From: Cyanophora paradoxa CCMP329
Taxonomy: Eukaryota > Plantae > Glaucophyta
DNA length: 44,802 nucleotides
NCBI GenBank assembly: GCA_004431415.1
Contig: QPMI01000128.1
Location: 1-44,802, forward strand
Direction: 5' to 3'
Below, piece after piece: positions 32,999-43,507 of this stretch. Position 1 is the stretch's first letter; every line of letters starts with the position of its first letter. The notes under the pieces were generated by a model that made no database searches, was not told where the DNA came from, and saw nothing but the letters and a program-made list of their open reading frames with translations. The position numbers and the translations under genes were made by a program.

Positions 32999-34239
32999 TT
33001 GATCGAGCTTGAGCTCTCTTTTACAACGCGCCCCGGCCTCTTCCCCCTCCGTTCCGAAATCCCGTCCGCGGGATCCGAACCGGGGATCTTGGCTCGTAGA
33101 GCAACAGCTCTACCAACTGAGCCAAGAGGGCCGTTCCGATGTGAGACTCGCGTCTCGGCGCCTGGTGCGCCACTGCCGGGAATTTGATCGAGCTTGAGCT
33201 CTCTTTTACAACGCGCCCCCGGCCTCTTCCCCCTCCGTTCCGAAATCCCGTCCGCGGGATCCGAACCGGGGATCTTGGCTCGTAGAGCAACAGCTCTACC
33301 AACTGAGCCAAGAGGGCCGTTCCGATGTGAGACTCGCGTCTCGGCGCCTGGTGCGCCACTGCCGGGAATTTGATCGAGCTTGAGCTCTCTTTTACAACGC
33401 GCCCCCGGCCTCTAAGGGATTTCGGAACGGAGGGGGAAGAGGCCGGGGGCGCGTTGTAAAAGAGAGCTCAAGCTCGATCAAATTCCCGGCAGTGGCGCAC
33501 CAGGCGCCGAGACGCGAGTCTCACATCGGAACGGCCCTCTTGGCTCAGTTGGTAGAGCTGTTGCTCTACGAGCCAAGATCCCCGGTTCGGATCCCGCGGA
33601 CGGGATTTCGGAACGGAGGGGAAGAGGCCGGGGGCGCGTTGTAAAAGAGAGCTCAAGCTCGATCAAATTCCCGCAGTGGCGCACCAGGCGCCGAGACGCG
33701 AGTCTCACATCGGAACGGCCCTCTTGCTCAGTTGGTAGAGCTGTTGCTCTACGAGCCAAGATCCCCGGTTCGGATCCCGCGGACGGGATTTCGGAACGGA
33801 GGGGGAAGAGGCCGGGGGCGCGTTGTAAAAGAGAGCTCAAGCTCGATCAAATTCCCGGCAGTGGCGCACCAGGCGCCGAGACGCGAGTCTCACATCGGAA
33901 CGGCCCTCTTGGCTCAGTTGGTAGAGCTGTTGCTCTACGAGCCAAGATCCCCGGTTCGGATCCCGCGGACGGGATTTCGGAACGGAGGGGGAAGAGGCCG
34001 GGGGCGCGTTGTAAAAGAGAGCTCAAGCTCGATCAAATTCCCGGCAGTGGCGCACCAGGCGCCGAGACGCGAGTCTCACATCGGAACGGCCCTCTTGGCT
34101 CAGTTGGTAGAGCTGTTGCTCTACGAGCCAAGATCCCCGGTTCGGATCCCGCGGACGGGATTTCGGAACGGAGGGGGAAGAGGCCGGGGCGCGTTGTAAA
34201 AGAGAGCTCAAGCTCGATCAAATTCCCGGCAGTGGCGCC
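32982..34239. repeat. Palindromic tandem array of ~186-bp units (~2.3 forward, ~4.4 inverted; switch at ~33413-33416)
   Basis: Near-identical units with a period of 185-186 bp; each holds a PBS copy and a 72-nt tRNA-like segment. Confidence 0.95.
33534..33605 (+). ncRNA. Degenerate tRNA-like module with Pol III box A/box B (other copies: + 33718-33788, 33903-33974, 34089-34160; - 33060-33131, 33246-33317)
   Basis: GCCCTCT-TG-GCTC-AGTTGGTA-GAGC (perfect D arm, box A) ... GGTTCGGATCCC (box B-like) ... GGACGGGA. Acceptor, anticodon and T stems are only partly paired. Confidence 0.65.
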
Positions 34240-34518
34240 TGTCGCGTGCGAGATTAGTGTGTCTAATCGTGCGCGCGGGAAGCCCGTGCGGAGTGCAAGC
34301 TCGGCAGGGCGGGGAATGGCGAGTGTCACTGCTGTCGTCGCTAAGATCCAACTCACTGGGTGTACCCGTCCAGATACGGCGTACCCGACACGAATACAAG
34401 TGACCGCGGCGCTCTAACTAGCCTAGGCGCCGTCGGTCCAGCAGCTCGAAGGCTGACGTGATCTAGAGCCTAGCGGCTCACATATAAATGAGCATCCGCT
34501 ATAATGTCGGATGCGACA
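34240..34518 (-). repeat. Third, inverted copy of the LTR
   Basis: Reverse complement of 32701-32980, with a PBS on one side and a PPT on the other. Confidence 0.95.
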
Positions 34519-34882
34519 ACTCCTCCTCTCGGATCCCGCGTCCGCGCGGGTCTAAATAAATACATATCAACCGGCTACTGCCGGGAATCGAAAAAGGCTC
34601 AACGTCCGTCCGTGGCCGGCAACTGCCGGGAATAGAAAAGACACCAAGTCCGGCTATGTACATGTCCATGCCCGCGTCGACTGCCGGGAATAGAAAAGAC
34701 TGATGCCCGGCAAGTGCCGGCACGACTCCAGCGTGTAGTGCCCAGGGGCGAGGTCCAACTTCGGGCCGGCGGCCCAGGCAACCCGCACGAGGCGAGCGGA
34801 AGGGACGGAAGCCGAGGGGGCCCTGCCCTCATCGCGATTGTGCAGCACGTTAGCTGCAAAGGCACACGCTGCAACAGCAACG
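34519..34882 (-). repeat. Inverted copy of the element's PPT and 3' untranslated region
   Basis: Reverse complement of 39032-39386. Confidence 0.92.
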
Positions 34883-35358
34883 GAGGCGCCATTCTGCCGG
34901 AATCGAACCTTCAAGGGTCGCTGGACTTCCAGGCTCTGCCCGCGCCGCGCGCCTCGCCGCGCCGCCTCGCATAAGCTTAGAGAGATCCGGGACGAGCTTT
35001 CCGGGCGACCGCCACTTGTGGCGTGCTACGCTGCACACTTCGGCCGCGTCGCCTCTGGGCGGCTGATTGTGCTTCGGAAGTGACTCTAGTGTCCCTCGCG
35101 GGCTTCGGTGCATCCCCAGACCGAAGCGCACGCACGAGCTCTCGCGAGAGTCTCAATCATTGTCTGTGTCCTTCGCCGGTTGCACGCTTCGCGTCGCAAA
35201 CTGTGCCCCGGAGTCTGCCAGCGGCAGTTCTCTGAGTGTCCCTGAGTCGGTTCTCGCACGCCACGAGAAGACCGTGTCCCGGATCTGCAGTGCGCTGCAG
35301 ATCAAATCTTGCGCCCTGGCATTCTGTTCTCGTGGCTATACGCTGCAAAGAGAGCAAT

Positions 35359-36913
35359 ATGTCGAACACTTCTGAACTGATCAGTTCTGAAGTCCGTAGC
35401 CGGCTGTCTGCCCTCGCGCACATCGAGCCCGCCCAGGGCTATGCTGCTGTGCATGTGCAGCAACTCGCTGCTGGCTCCGCTGCGGCGGATGATGATCCCG
35501 TGCGGATCGCATTCCTGCCTGCAAATCCTCGCCTCGCCGATGGCGACCGGTTCCGGAAGGACGTGCGGAACTTCCAGTCGTCCCTGCCGACTAAGTACTT
35601 GTTTGGCCCGATTCTGCCGGTAGCCAGGAGTACTCAAAGTCAGAGGCGCTAGCCGGAGTGATTGTTGGGCGGATCCGCCCCGGAGCTCTCCGCGCTGAGA
35701 TTGAGCGCAAGCGCGACCTCTATGAGGCCTCTGTCACTGCCCTCGAGCATGACCGCACCAGGCTCGCTCGTCTCGAAGCTGTCCGGCAGACCTGCGGTCC
35801 GCCGAGGATGATGCTGCTATCCTCGCGCTGCAGCAGAGCTGCGTGCGTGATCAGGCCTCATCGTGGCCGTGCGCGACTCGTACTTGCGTGCCCCCGGGCT
35901 GCTTGACACGATCACTGCGTGGATTCATGAGACCCGCCCGCACGCGGCCCGCCGGCTCTCACTGAGCCGTACACGGGTGAGGACCCCGCTCGTGGCACGA
36001 CTGGTTCTTGCCCCTCGTACGGCACACGCTGCCGCCGGCCAGCAGTTTGCTGCGTACTACGCGGACTGCCTGCGCACCGCGCTCGAGGCCCGCTCGACGA
36101 GCGAGGACCTGAATATCAGAACCTTGATGTTCGGATGGCCGGGTTCGCCCAGGCGAACGAGCGCACGCTGCGCGAGTTCCTCACGGCGCTGCGGCAGCGC
36201 CTCCTCGCCAATAACGGCGCTATCTCGCCGCTTGAGCTTGACAATATTTTCGTCGAGCAGTGCAAGCGCCACGGCTGCCGCGCCGTGTTCCCGCCTGCGC
36301 TGGCAGCTGCCGATCGCGAGCTGCCCGAGGCAAAACGGACCCGTATCCTGCAGGCACAGTTTGCCGAGGATGAGTCCTCGTCCGCCGGCACCCCTGCCGC
36401 TGCACGAGCCTCGAGCTCCTTGGCCCTGCTGAGCCTCGGATGCAAATTCCACGGCCCAGCCCTCGATTTCTGCACGTGGGTCCTCTTGGCCGTGCAGTCC
36501 CGCTCGCCTGCCGCTGTTGCGGAGGTGCTGCGGCGCATGTCCGAGCTCGGGTACCCGGAGTACCCCCCTCAGACTGCTACGGGTGCTCGGATGACCCCAG
36601 CGTCCCGTTGAGGCGCGACGTCATTGGGCAAATGTGTGCCCCAAGCGCACCCCGTTCGCCCCAGTACGCCCTGGGTCCGCCGCGGCCAGTACTATCGGCA
36701 AAAGCGATCCCAAGAGGATGCTGCCAACAAGCACGAGTACTGGTCCGACGAGGAAACCAGGACCCAGACGAAGTCTGCGGTCGCTGCGGCGAGGCAGGGC
36801 ACCACCACAGTGCCTGCCCGACCCCCCACACGGGCTGCTCGCTCGAGCTCTGCGCTTCCCGCGCCTCTAGCTCAGCGGCTCCACCCGCGCGCCCTGCGGC
36901 GGAGCGTGAGTGA
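35359..36913 (+). CDS. gag: Gag-like protein with CCHC zinc knuckle, frameshifted in this sequence
   Basis: A chain of overlapping + strand ORFs begins at MSNTSELISS and includes helical segments (ERTLREFLTALRQRLL). It ends with CGRCGEAGHHHSAC (CX2CX4HX4C) at 36776-36817 and lies downstream of the PBS. Confidence 0.7.
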
Positions 36914-39374
36914 GCAAGTGCACCAGCTGCACTAGGGTCTGGCTGGCTTGGGCAGCCGCCAGAAAAGCCCTGCTCGTAACCGCGATCCGATTTTCGCGGA
37001 GCCTGGGCCTCCCCTGCGAGAGCCCCATGTGTCGCTGTAATAAGCGGCCCATATACCTGCCTCTGAGCAGGGTGTATATTTGTACATTTGTACATAATTT
37101 CAGACGTCGGGGACGACGTCTTCCGAGAGGAGGAGTGAGCACGGGCATGCTGCACGAGCAGTGCAAGCGCTGCCGCTCGCCTCCCGCCCCGAGGCTTGCT
37201 TGAATCTGTGGCCGCTGGCCAAGATCGAATAGCACTCGCGAAAGAAGAGCCCCAATCGCGTGCTTTCGAGCACCCTGAGCGGCCACGGTGCCCCTCTTTC
37301 CGAGAGGAGGAGTACCTCTTTCGCTGAAGCCTGCGAAGAGGCGCACGGCCGTGCCGCAATTGCGAGCCCTCCTGCTTCCCTCAATTTAGATCCGTGGCCG
37401 GTGGCCGAGATCTGATCTCAACCCCAAGCGGGTACCAGTCTTTCGAGAGGAGGAGTCCCTCCGAGACTCTCTCGTCGAAAGCCTGCGATTTCGCGCGGCG
37501 CACTGCAGTTGCTGAGTGCGGCCATGGGCCTTGCGAAATCCAGAAATTAAAAGTGGCCTCAGGCCTTGCGGTCAGAGCTTCAAAGGCTTGAGCTGATCAT
37601 GAGCCGAGCCGCCAAGCTGCAGCTGCAGCTGGCCCTCGCGGGAGGCTTTGAGCTCGAACCCCCACACTTGAGCGAGCAAGCGGCCTTGCTGCCGTTGCGA
37701 GATGAGACGTGATCACGGAGCCTGAGCTCGGGATGCACCCTCAAGAGAAGCTTGATGCATATATGCTGAGGCACGATGCCCAGCGGCGACGCCTGATGGC
37801 ATGCCGTGAGCTTGACAGGCGGCCCGTGACCCCTGCAAAAATCGTGAGCCTCGACTTGAGCACAAGTGCCCTCGAGAGCTCGAGCCTGAAATAAGTCCTG
37901 GCGCGCCCCAGGCGGCAGCAATAGCAGCTCTGCCATGAGCTTTGCAGTTCTTTGAACTCAAGTCTGGTGACGCCGCCAAGTTGGCGCCAGGCCGCGCGGT
38001 CTGTTCCGGATCATCGGATCCGGACTGAACGTTAGCGGGCGAGGGGCCAGTGCCCCGCCCAAAGACTGGTGAACTGCCGACGAGTTGCATCCAGGCGGCA
38101 CACTGTGGCTGCAGCCGATGGTGCGACGGGCTGCGAGCCCTGCTCACAAGCTAAGAGCTTTGAGACCGGCGGCCAGCCTGTTGAGGCGGCGCCAGAAGGA
38201 CCCCACGATCGTGAGTCTCGTCTCGCATGTGGCCGGCCCGGCCCCAGGCGCGGTCGTGACGGCGGGTGGTTCTGGCCAGGAGCGGCTTGAGAAAGCCGGC
38301 TCCAAGCCGCTCCCGCCCCACACGAGGCGAGACAAGAAGCGGCGATGCTGCCTCCGGCGAGCGAGCACAAGAGGCACCCGTGAAGGGTTGGCTGAGAAGG
38401 CCAAGCGCCGCGAATATCGCGAAAGTCCCGAGCAGAAGTGGTGCGCTGCGGGCGGCCGTTGTCCTTGAGCACAGCTCGGCACGGTGACAGGGCGGAAGAC
38501 CTTGCAAAGACTAGCCGAGCCCTAGGCACGCGCTTGCGTCTGCAGAAGGGTCGGGGCGGCTGTGACGCCGGTTCTGCCCGGGTACAGCGACAGGGATGAC
38601 AAATTCCCCTCCGTGTAAACCTGGTGTGGTACCAGGGCGCCTTGCGTCGGCAGGGTACACGCAGGCGGTCGTGACCGGGTTCCTGCCCCGGGTACGACGA
38701 CGGGGAACAAAAAATACCCCAGCAGGCTCCGCACCAGGACGCTTGGTGGCGGACCGCCTGAGAGGGCCACGTCCCTTTTAATAGATGTCACCCGCGGTCG
38801 GGCAGCGGTACTCCCGTCGCGCAATGGCGTGGAAGGGCACCTTGTGGCGCGTTAGCCTCGCCCTGGAGATTCTAGCTCCACCGCCGTCGGGGGATCCGAT
38901 CCGACGCCGTGATAATGCAGTGAAGGCACGGTGTTGCCTGAGCAGCGGCGCTAGTCGAGCTGCTTAGCCCTAAGTTTTGGACGGGCATTTCGCTGTGGGC
39001 TGCTGAGCGCTGTCGCGAGCGCTGCGCCCCGCGTTGCTGTTGCAGCGGTGCCTTTGCAGCTAACGTGCCTGCACAATCGCGATGAGGGCAGGGCCCCCTC
39101 GGCTTCCGTCCCTTCCGCTCGCTCGTGCGGGTTGCCTGGGCCGCCGCCCGAAGTGGACCTCGCCCCTGGGCACTACGCTGGAGTCTGCCGGCACTTGCCG
39201 GGCATCAGTCTTTTCTATTCCGGCAGTCGACGCCGGGCATGACATGTACATAGCGACTTGGTGTCTTTTCTATTCCCGGCAGTTGCCGGCCACGGACGGA
39301 CGTTGAGCCTTTTTCGATTCCCGGCAGTAGCCGGTTGATATGTATTTATTTAGACCCGCGCGGACGCGGGATCC

Positions 39375-39385
39375 GAGAGGAGGAG
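39375..39385 (+). promoter_or_regulatory. Polypurine tract
   Basis: GAGAGGAGGAG, one base upstream of the 3' LTR. Confidence 0.85.
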
Positions 39386-39386
39386 T

Positions 39387-39667
39387 TGTCGCATCCGACA
39401 TTATAGCGGATGCTCATTTATATGTGAGCCGCTAGGGCTCTAGATCACGTCAGCCTTCGAGCTGCTGGACCGACGGCGCCTAGGCTAGTTAGAGCGCCGC
39501 GGTCACTTGTATTCGTGTCGGGGTACGCCGTATCTGGACGGGTACACCCAGTGAGTTGGATCTTAGCGACGACAGCAGTGACACTCGCCATTCCCCGCCC
39601 TGCCGAGCTTGCACTCCGCACGGGCTTCCCGCGCGCACGATTAGACACACTAATCTCGCACGCGACA
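39387..39667 (+). repeat. 3' LTR (281 bp)
   Basis: Direct copy of the 5' LTR, followed by the TSD CAACT. Confidence 0.95.
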
Positions 39668-39900
39668 CAACTCTCGTTATATATACCGCATATATACACA
39701 AAACCTCCGTATCTCGTTTGGTCAAACGGAATTTCTGGTGAAAATGTGTGTATATATGCACATATATACACGGAGACGTCGACTCTATCGCCGGCAGTCA
39801 AGTTGAGTCAACCGATAAACGCATGTAACTCTTCACCAACTGCTCCGTTTCTAATTCTGAAAACAGATTCGGAATCGTCGGACGCCCTCTTCAAGGTTCG

Positions 39901-40280
39901 AGTATAATCTAAGAAGTCGTGCATGATTTATTTTTATTAAACTTTTGGTTAAAGTAACTGTGAATCGTGGGAGAAGAGGCATTCTGCCGACTTAACGAAG
40001 TCACCGCGCGAAAAAAGACGAATTCTTACTGTGTATCAAGCGGAATCGATCGTACAGTGGTCTTCATACTGTGTATCGAGCGGAATCTTGCGGAATTGTG
40101 GGAGACACCCGCATAAAAAGATGAGTTGGATCGAGTGAATCGATGAAGATCGGTCGTGAAACCGAAATTATCGATCGTGACACTGAGCCTTACGGTGATT
40201 TCGATTAGACTCGATGCTGTTACGGTGAATGGTAAGGATCCGCGGATTTAATTGTTGGAGACACCGCGCCAAGCTGAGCT
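39901..40280 (-). repeat. Right terminal inverted repeat of the inner PLV
   Basis: Ends ...GGAGACACCGCGCCAAGCTGAGCT, followed by CTGTG. Confidence 0.95.
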
Positions 40281-43200
40281 CTGTGATCTCTCCCATCGAT
40301 AATCTCCAATCGGTAGTGGTTGGCTAAGTACATAACCATAAAGATTATTCGCGTCCAACAATACTATGTGATCATCCGGTTCTTCTACTTTTGCATATCG
40401 TGTGGGCATGGTAGCAAATCCGCCGCGAATGGCTTTCTCAATAAATTCGTATTTCTCTACATCATCGATAAGTTCAATCTTAACTTTCGTATGTTTGAGC
40501 ATAGCGTCCCAGGATAAACCAGGTGCGCTAACGTAATGTGCGGGATCTAATCCATATTGAGAATATGCAAGTTTACGGAATTCTTCGAATTTAGACATAA
40601 GATCATCGACATTCTCACTTTGGAAATCCATAAAATGTGATGCATCTATGAATTTCCACATGCCCCATTGAAGGGATAGGTATTGATTAAAGTTCTTGCT
40701 TAAAATTTCAACACGTAGTTTATCGTCTTGTTGTGCGATCTTGCGGAATATCCCGTGTCCACATTCATCCATTTTCAACCACAATTGCTACTTTGCTTGT
40801 GTTTGAGATTCGGCGATGAAGGTTACAGTTTCGGCATGCTTTCCCGATAAAATCACCGGATTGGGACAATGATCGCGAACCGGGAAGTTTTCGTGGGTGA
40901 ATCTCTGAGAACAAATATAACAGTGTTTTGTTATCTTGTATTCTGCCTTTTGATCTTCAGTGAGTGGATGCATTGGGATATTTCTAAAAAGCGTTTCAAT
41001 TACTTCGGGTCTGATCTCTTGTAGAGTTGCAAAAGAGAACTGAGTGGATCATTTCCTTCAAAATGGTATAGTTTCATTTCTTCACCCATAACTCTCAGTG
41101 AGACTGCTTTAATCTCTCTTTTACTTCTCAGTGTATCTATTGCTACCGAATGATCTTCAATTTTAACATAACAGATCACAGGAAGCCAAACCGTTTTTCG
41201 TAGATGTTGTAGACGAATTCTATTGTACTTCCCGGCTTCGGACATTTGCCTTTGCTCTCCCTCCAATCGATACATCGGTTTGCTTCTGTATGTAGGTCTA
41301 ATTTCTCCTGAGTTCTGAAACGTGATAGACAGGTTTCACAATAGTAAATGCGCCCGTCACATGCTTTATCGAACGTGGTCTTTAAAAGACGATAAATGAC
41401 ATGATGTTATGTAGTGTCCCCTATCGTCTCGGTGTTTTCAATGAGTAAAAGGTTAATCTTGGTCTTTCGTCTTGGTTACTTGATTGATGAAGAGGATAAA
41501 AAACTGTTTCTCATTATCAGCACCGTAAATATTAATAGAGAGATCCGGGTTCAATTCTTCGAAACGATCGATTACCTCAGCATCACATGCTACCGGGAAC
41601 TGAATACCGTCAAAATTGAGTTCATTTAACCATCTGCGATATTGGTAAGGTTCGTTACTCTTATGTTTGTTAATGTCCTTCGATGAAGGTAAGCCAAAAT
41701 AGCATATTTAAAACAAATCTTGCCCATCGATATTTTTTACGTTTATTGTAGCTTTCTTGGATGCGATCCATTCGGGAGTTGCGAAATGTGCGGGATCTAA
41801 TCCATATTGAGAAGACACCGCGCATAAAAAGATGAATTGGATCGAGTGAATCGATGAAGATCGGTCGTGAAACCGAAATTATCGATCGTGACACTGAGCC
41901 TTACGGTGATTTTCGATTAGACTCGATGCTGTTACGGTGAATGGTAAGGATCCGCGGATTTAATTGTTGGAGACACCGCGCCAAGCTGAGCTCTGTGATC
42001 TCTTCCCATCGATAATCTCCAATCGGTAGTGGTTGGCTAAGTACATAACCATAAAGATTATTCGCGTCCAACAATACTATGTGATCATCCGGTTCTTCTA
42101 CTTTTGCATATCGTGTGGGCATGGTAGCAAATCCGCCGCGAATGGCTTTCTCAATAAATTCGTATTTCTCTACATCATCGATAAGTTCAATCTTAACTTT
42201 CGTATGTTTGAGCATAGCGTCCCAGGATAAACCAGGTGCGCTAACGTAATGTGCGGGATCTAATCCATATTGAGAATATGCAAGTTTACGGAATTCTTCG
42301 AATTTAGACATAAGATCATCGACATTCTCACTTTGGAAATCCATAAAATGTGATGCATCTATGAATTTCCACATGCCCCATTGAAGGGATAGGTATTGAT
42401 TAAAGTTCTTGCTTAAAATTTCAACACGTAGTTTATCGTCTTGTTGTGCGATCTTGCGGAATATCCCGTGTCCACATTCATCCATTTTATCAACCACATT
42501 GCTACTTTGCTTTGTTTTGAGATTCGGCGATGAAGGTTACAGTTTCGGCATGCTTTCCCGATAAAATCACCGGATTGGTGACAATGATCGCGAACCGGGA
42601 AGTTTTCGTGGGTGAATCTCTGAGAACAAATATAACAGTGTTTTGTTATCTTGTATTCTGCCTTTGATCTTCAGTGAGTGGATGCATTGGGATATTTCTA
42701 AAAAGCGTTTCAATTACTTCGGGTCTGATCTCTTGTAGAGTTGCAAATAGAGAACTGAGTGGATCATTTCCTTCAAAATGGTATAGTTTCATTTCTTCAC
42801 CCATAATCACTCTCAGTGAGACTGCTTTAATCTCTCTTTACTTCTCAGTGTATTATTGCTACCGAATGATCTTCAATTTTAACATAACAGATCACAGGAA
42901 GCCAAACCGTTTTTCGTAGATGTTGTAGACCGAATTCTATTGTACTTCCCGGCTTCGGACATTTGCCTTTGCTCTCCCTCCAATCGATACATCGGTTTGC
43001 TTCTGTATGTAGGTCTAATTTCTCCTGAGTTCTGAAACGTGATAGACAGGTTTCACAATAGTAAATGCGCCCGTCACATGCTTTATCGAACGTGGTCTTT
43101 AAAAGACGACTAAATGACATGATTGTTATGTAGTGTCCCCTATCGTCTTCGGTGTTTTCAATGAGTAAAAGGTTAATCTTGGTCTTTCGTCTTGGGTTAC

Positions 43201-43507
43201 TTGATTGATGAAGAGGATAAAAACACTGTTTCTCATTATCAGCACCGTAAATATTAATAGAGAGATCCGGGTTCAATTCTTCGAAACGATCGATTACCTC
43301 AGCATCACATGCTACCGGAACTGAATACCGTCAAAATTGAGTTCATTTAACCATCTGCGATATTGGTAAGGTTCGTTACTCTTATGTTTGTTAAGTCCTT
43401 TCGATGAAGGTAAGCCAAAATAGCATATTTAAAACAATCTTGCCCATCGATATTTTTTACGTTTATTGTAGCTTTCTTGGATGCGATCCATTCGGGAGTT
43501 GCGAAAT
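40103..43507. repeat. ~1.7-kb tandem duplication (40103-41787 and 41813-43507) covering the outer TIR part, the TSD and part of pPolB
   Basis: Near-identical copies that differ mainly by single-base indels, joined by a short linker. Confidence 0.9.
40281..41787 (-). pseudogene. Duplicated fragment of the outer pPolB 5' half
   Basis: YGLDPAHYVSAPGLSWDAMLKHT, IRGG, motif A LLDANNLYG, CYIC...VRDHC. Confidence 0.85.

Larger units (their letters stand above)
32701..39667 (+). mobile_element. Non-autonomous (gag-only) LTR retrotransposon inserted in the inner PLV
   Basis: Near-identical LTRs at 32701-32980 and 39387-39667 with TGTCGC...GCGACA termini. TSD CAACT at 32696-32700 and 39668-39672. PBS at 32981, PPT at 39375-39385, GC-rich interior. 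No PR/RT/RH/IN motifs recognised. Confidence 0.92.
22106..40280. mobile_element. Inner Polinton-like virus (~11.2 kb without the LTR insert) integrated in the outer pPolB gene
   Basis: TIRs at 22106-22495 and 39901-40280 (AGCTCAGCTTGGCGCGGTGTCTCC...), with CTGTG duplicated at 22101-22105 and 40281-40285. Encodes integrase, Pol-helicase, penton, MCP and ATPase. Confidence 0.93.

Noticed and set aside
33534-33605. Functional tRNA genes, including a CTA amber suppressor for the fibre TAG
   Set aside because: The anticodon, T and acceptor stems are poorly paired. The loop can be read as ACG, TAC or CTA, and the CTA register puts a pyrimidine at position 37.
32982-34239. CRISPR array
   Set aside because: Units are ~186 bp and identical throughout, with no unique spacers and no cas genes.
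32803-34974. Short ORFs within LTRs and tandem units
   Set aside because: They are by-products of GC-rich repeats with a period divisible by three.
32701-39667. Ngaro/DIRS tyrosine-recombinase retrotransposon
   Set aside because: TG...CA LTRs, a 5-bp TSD, a PBS and a PPT indicate an integrase-type LTR element; no YR or RT motif is seen.
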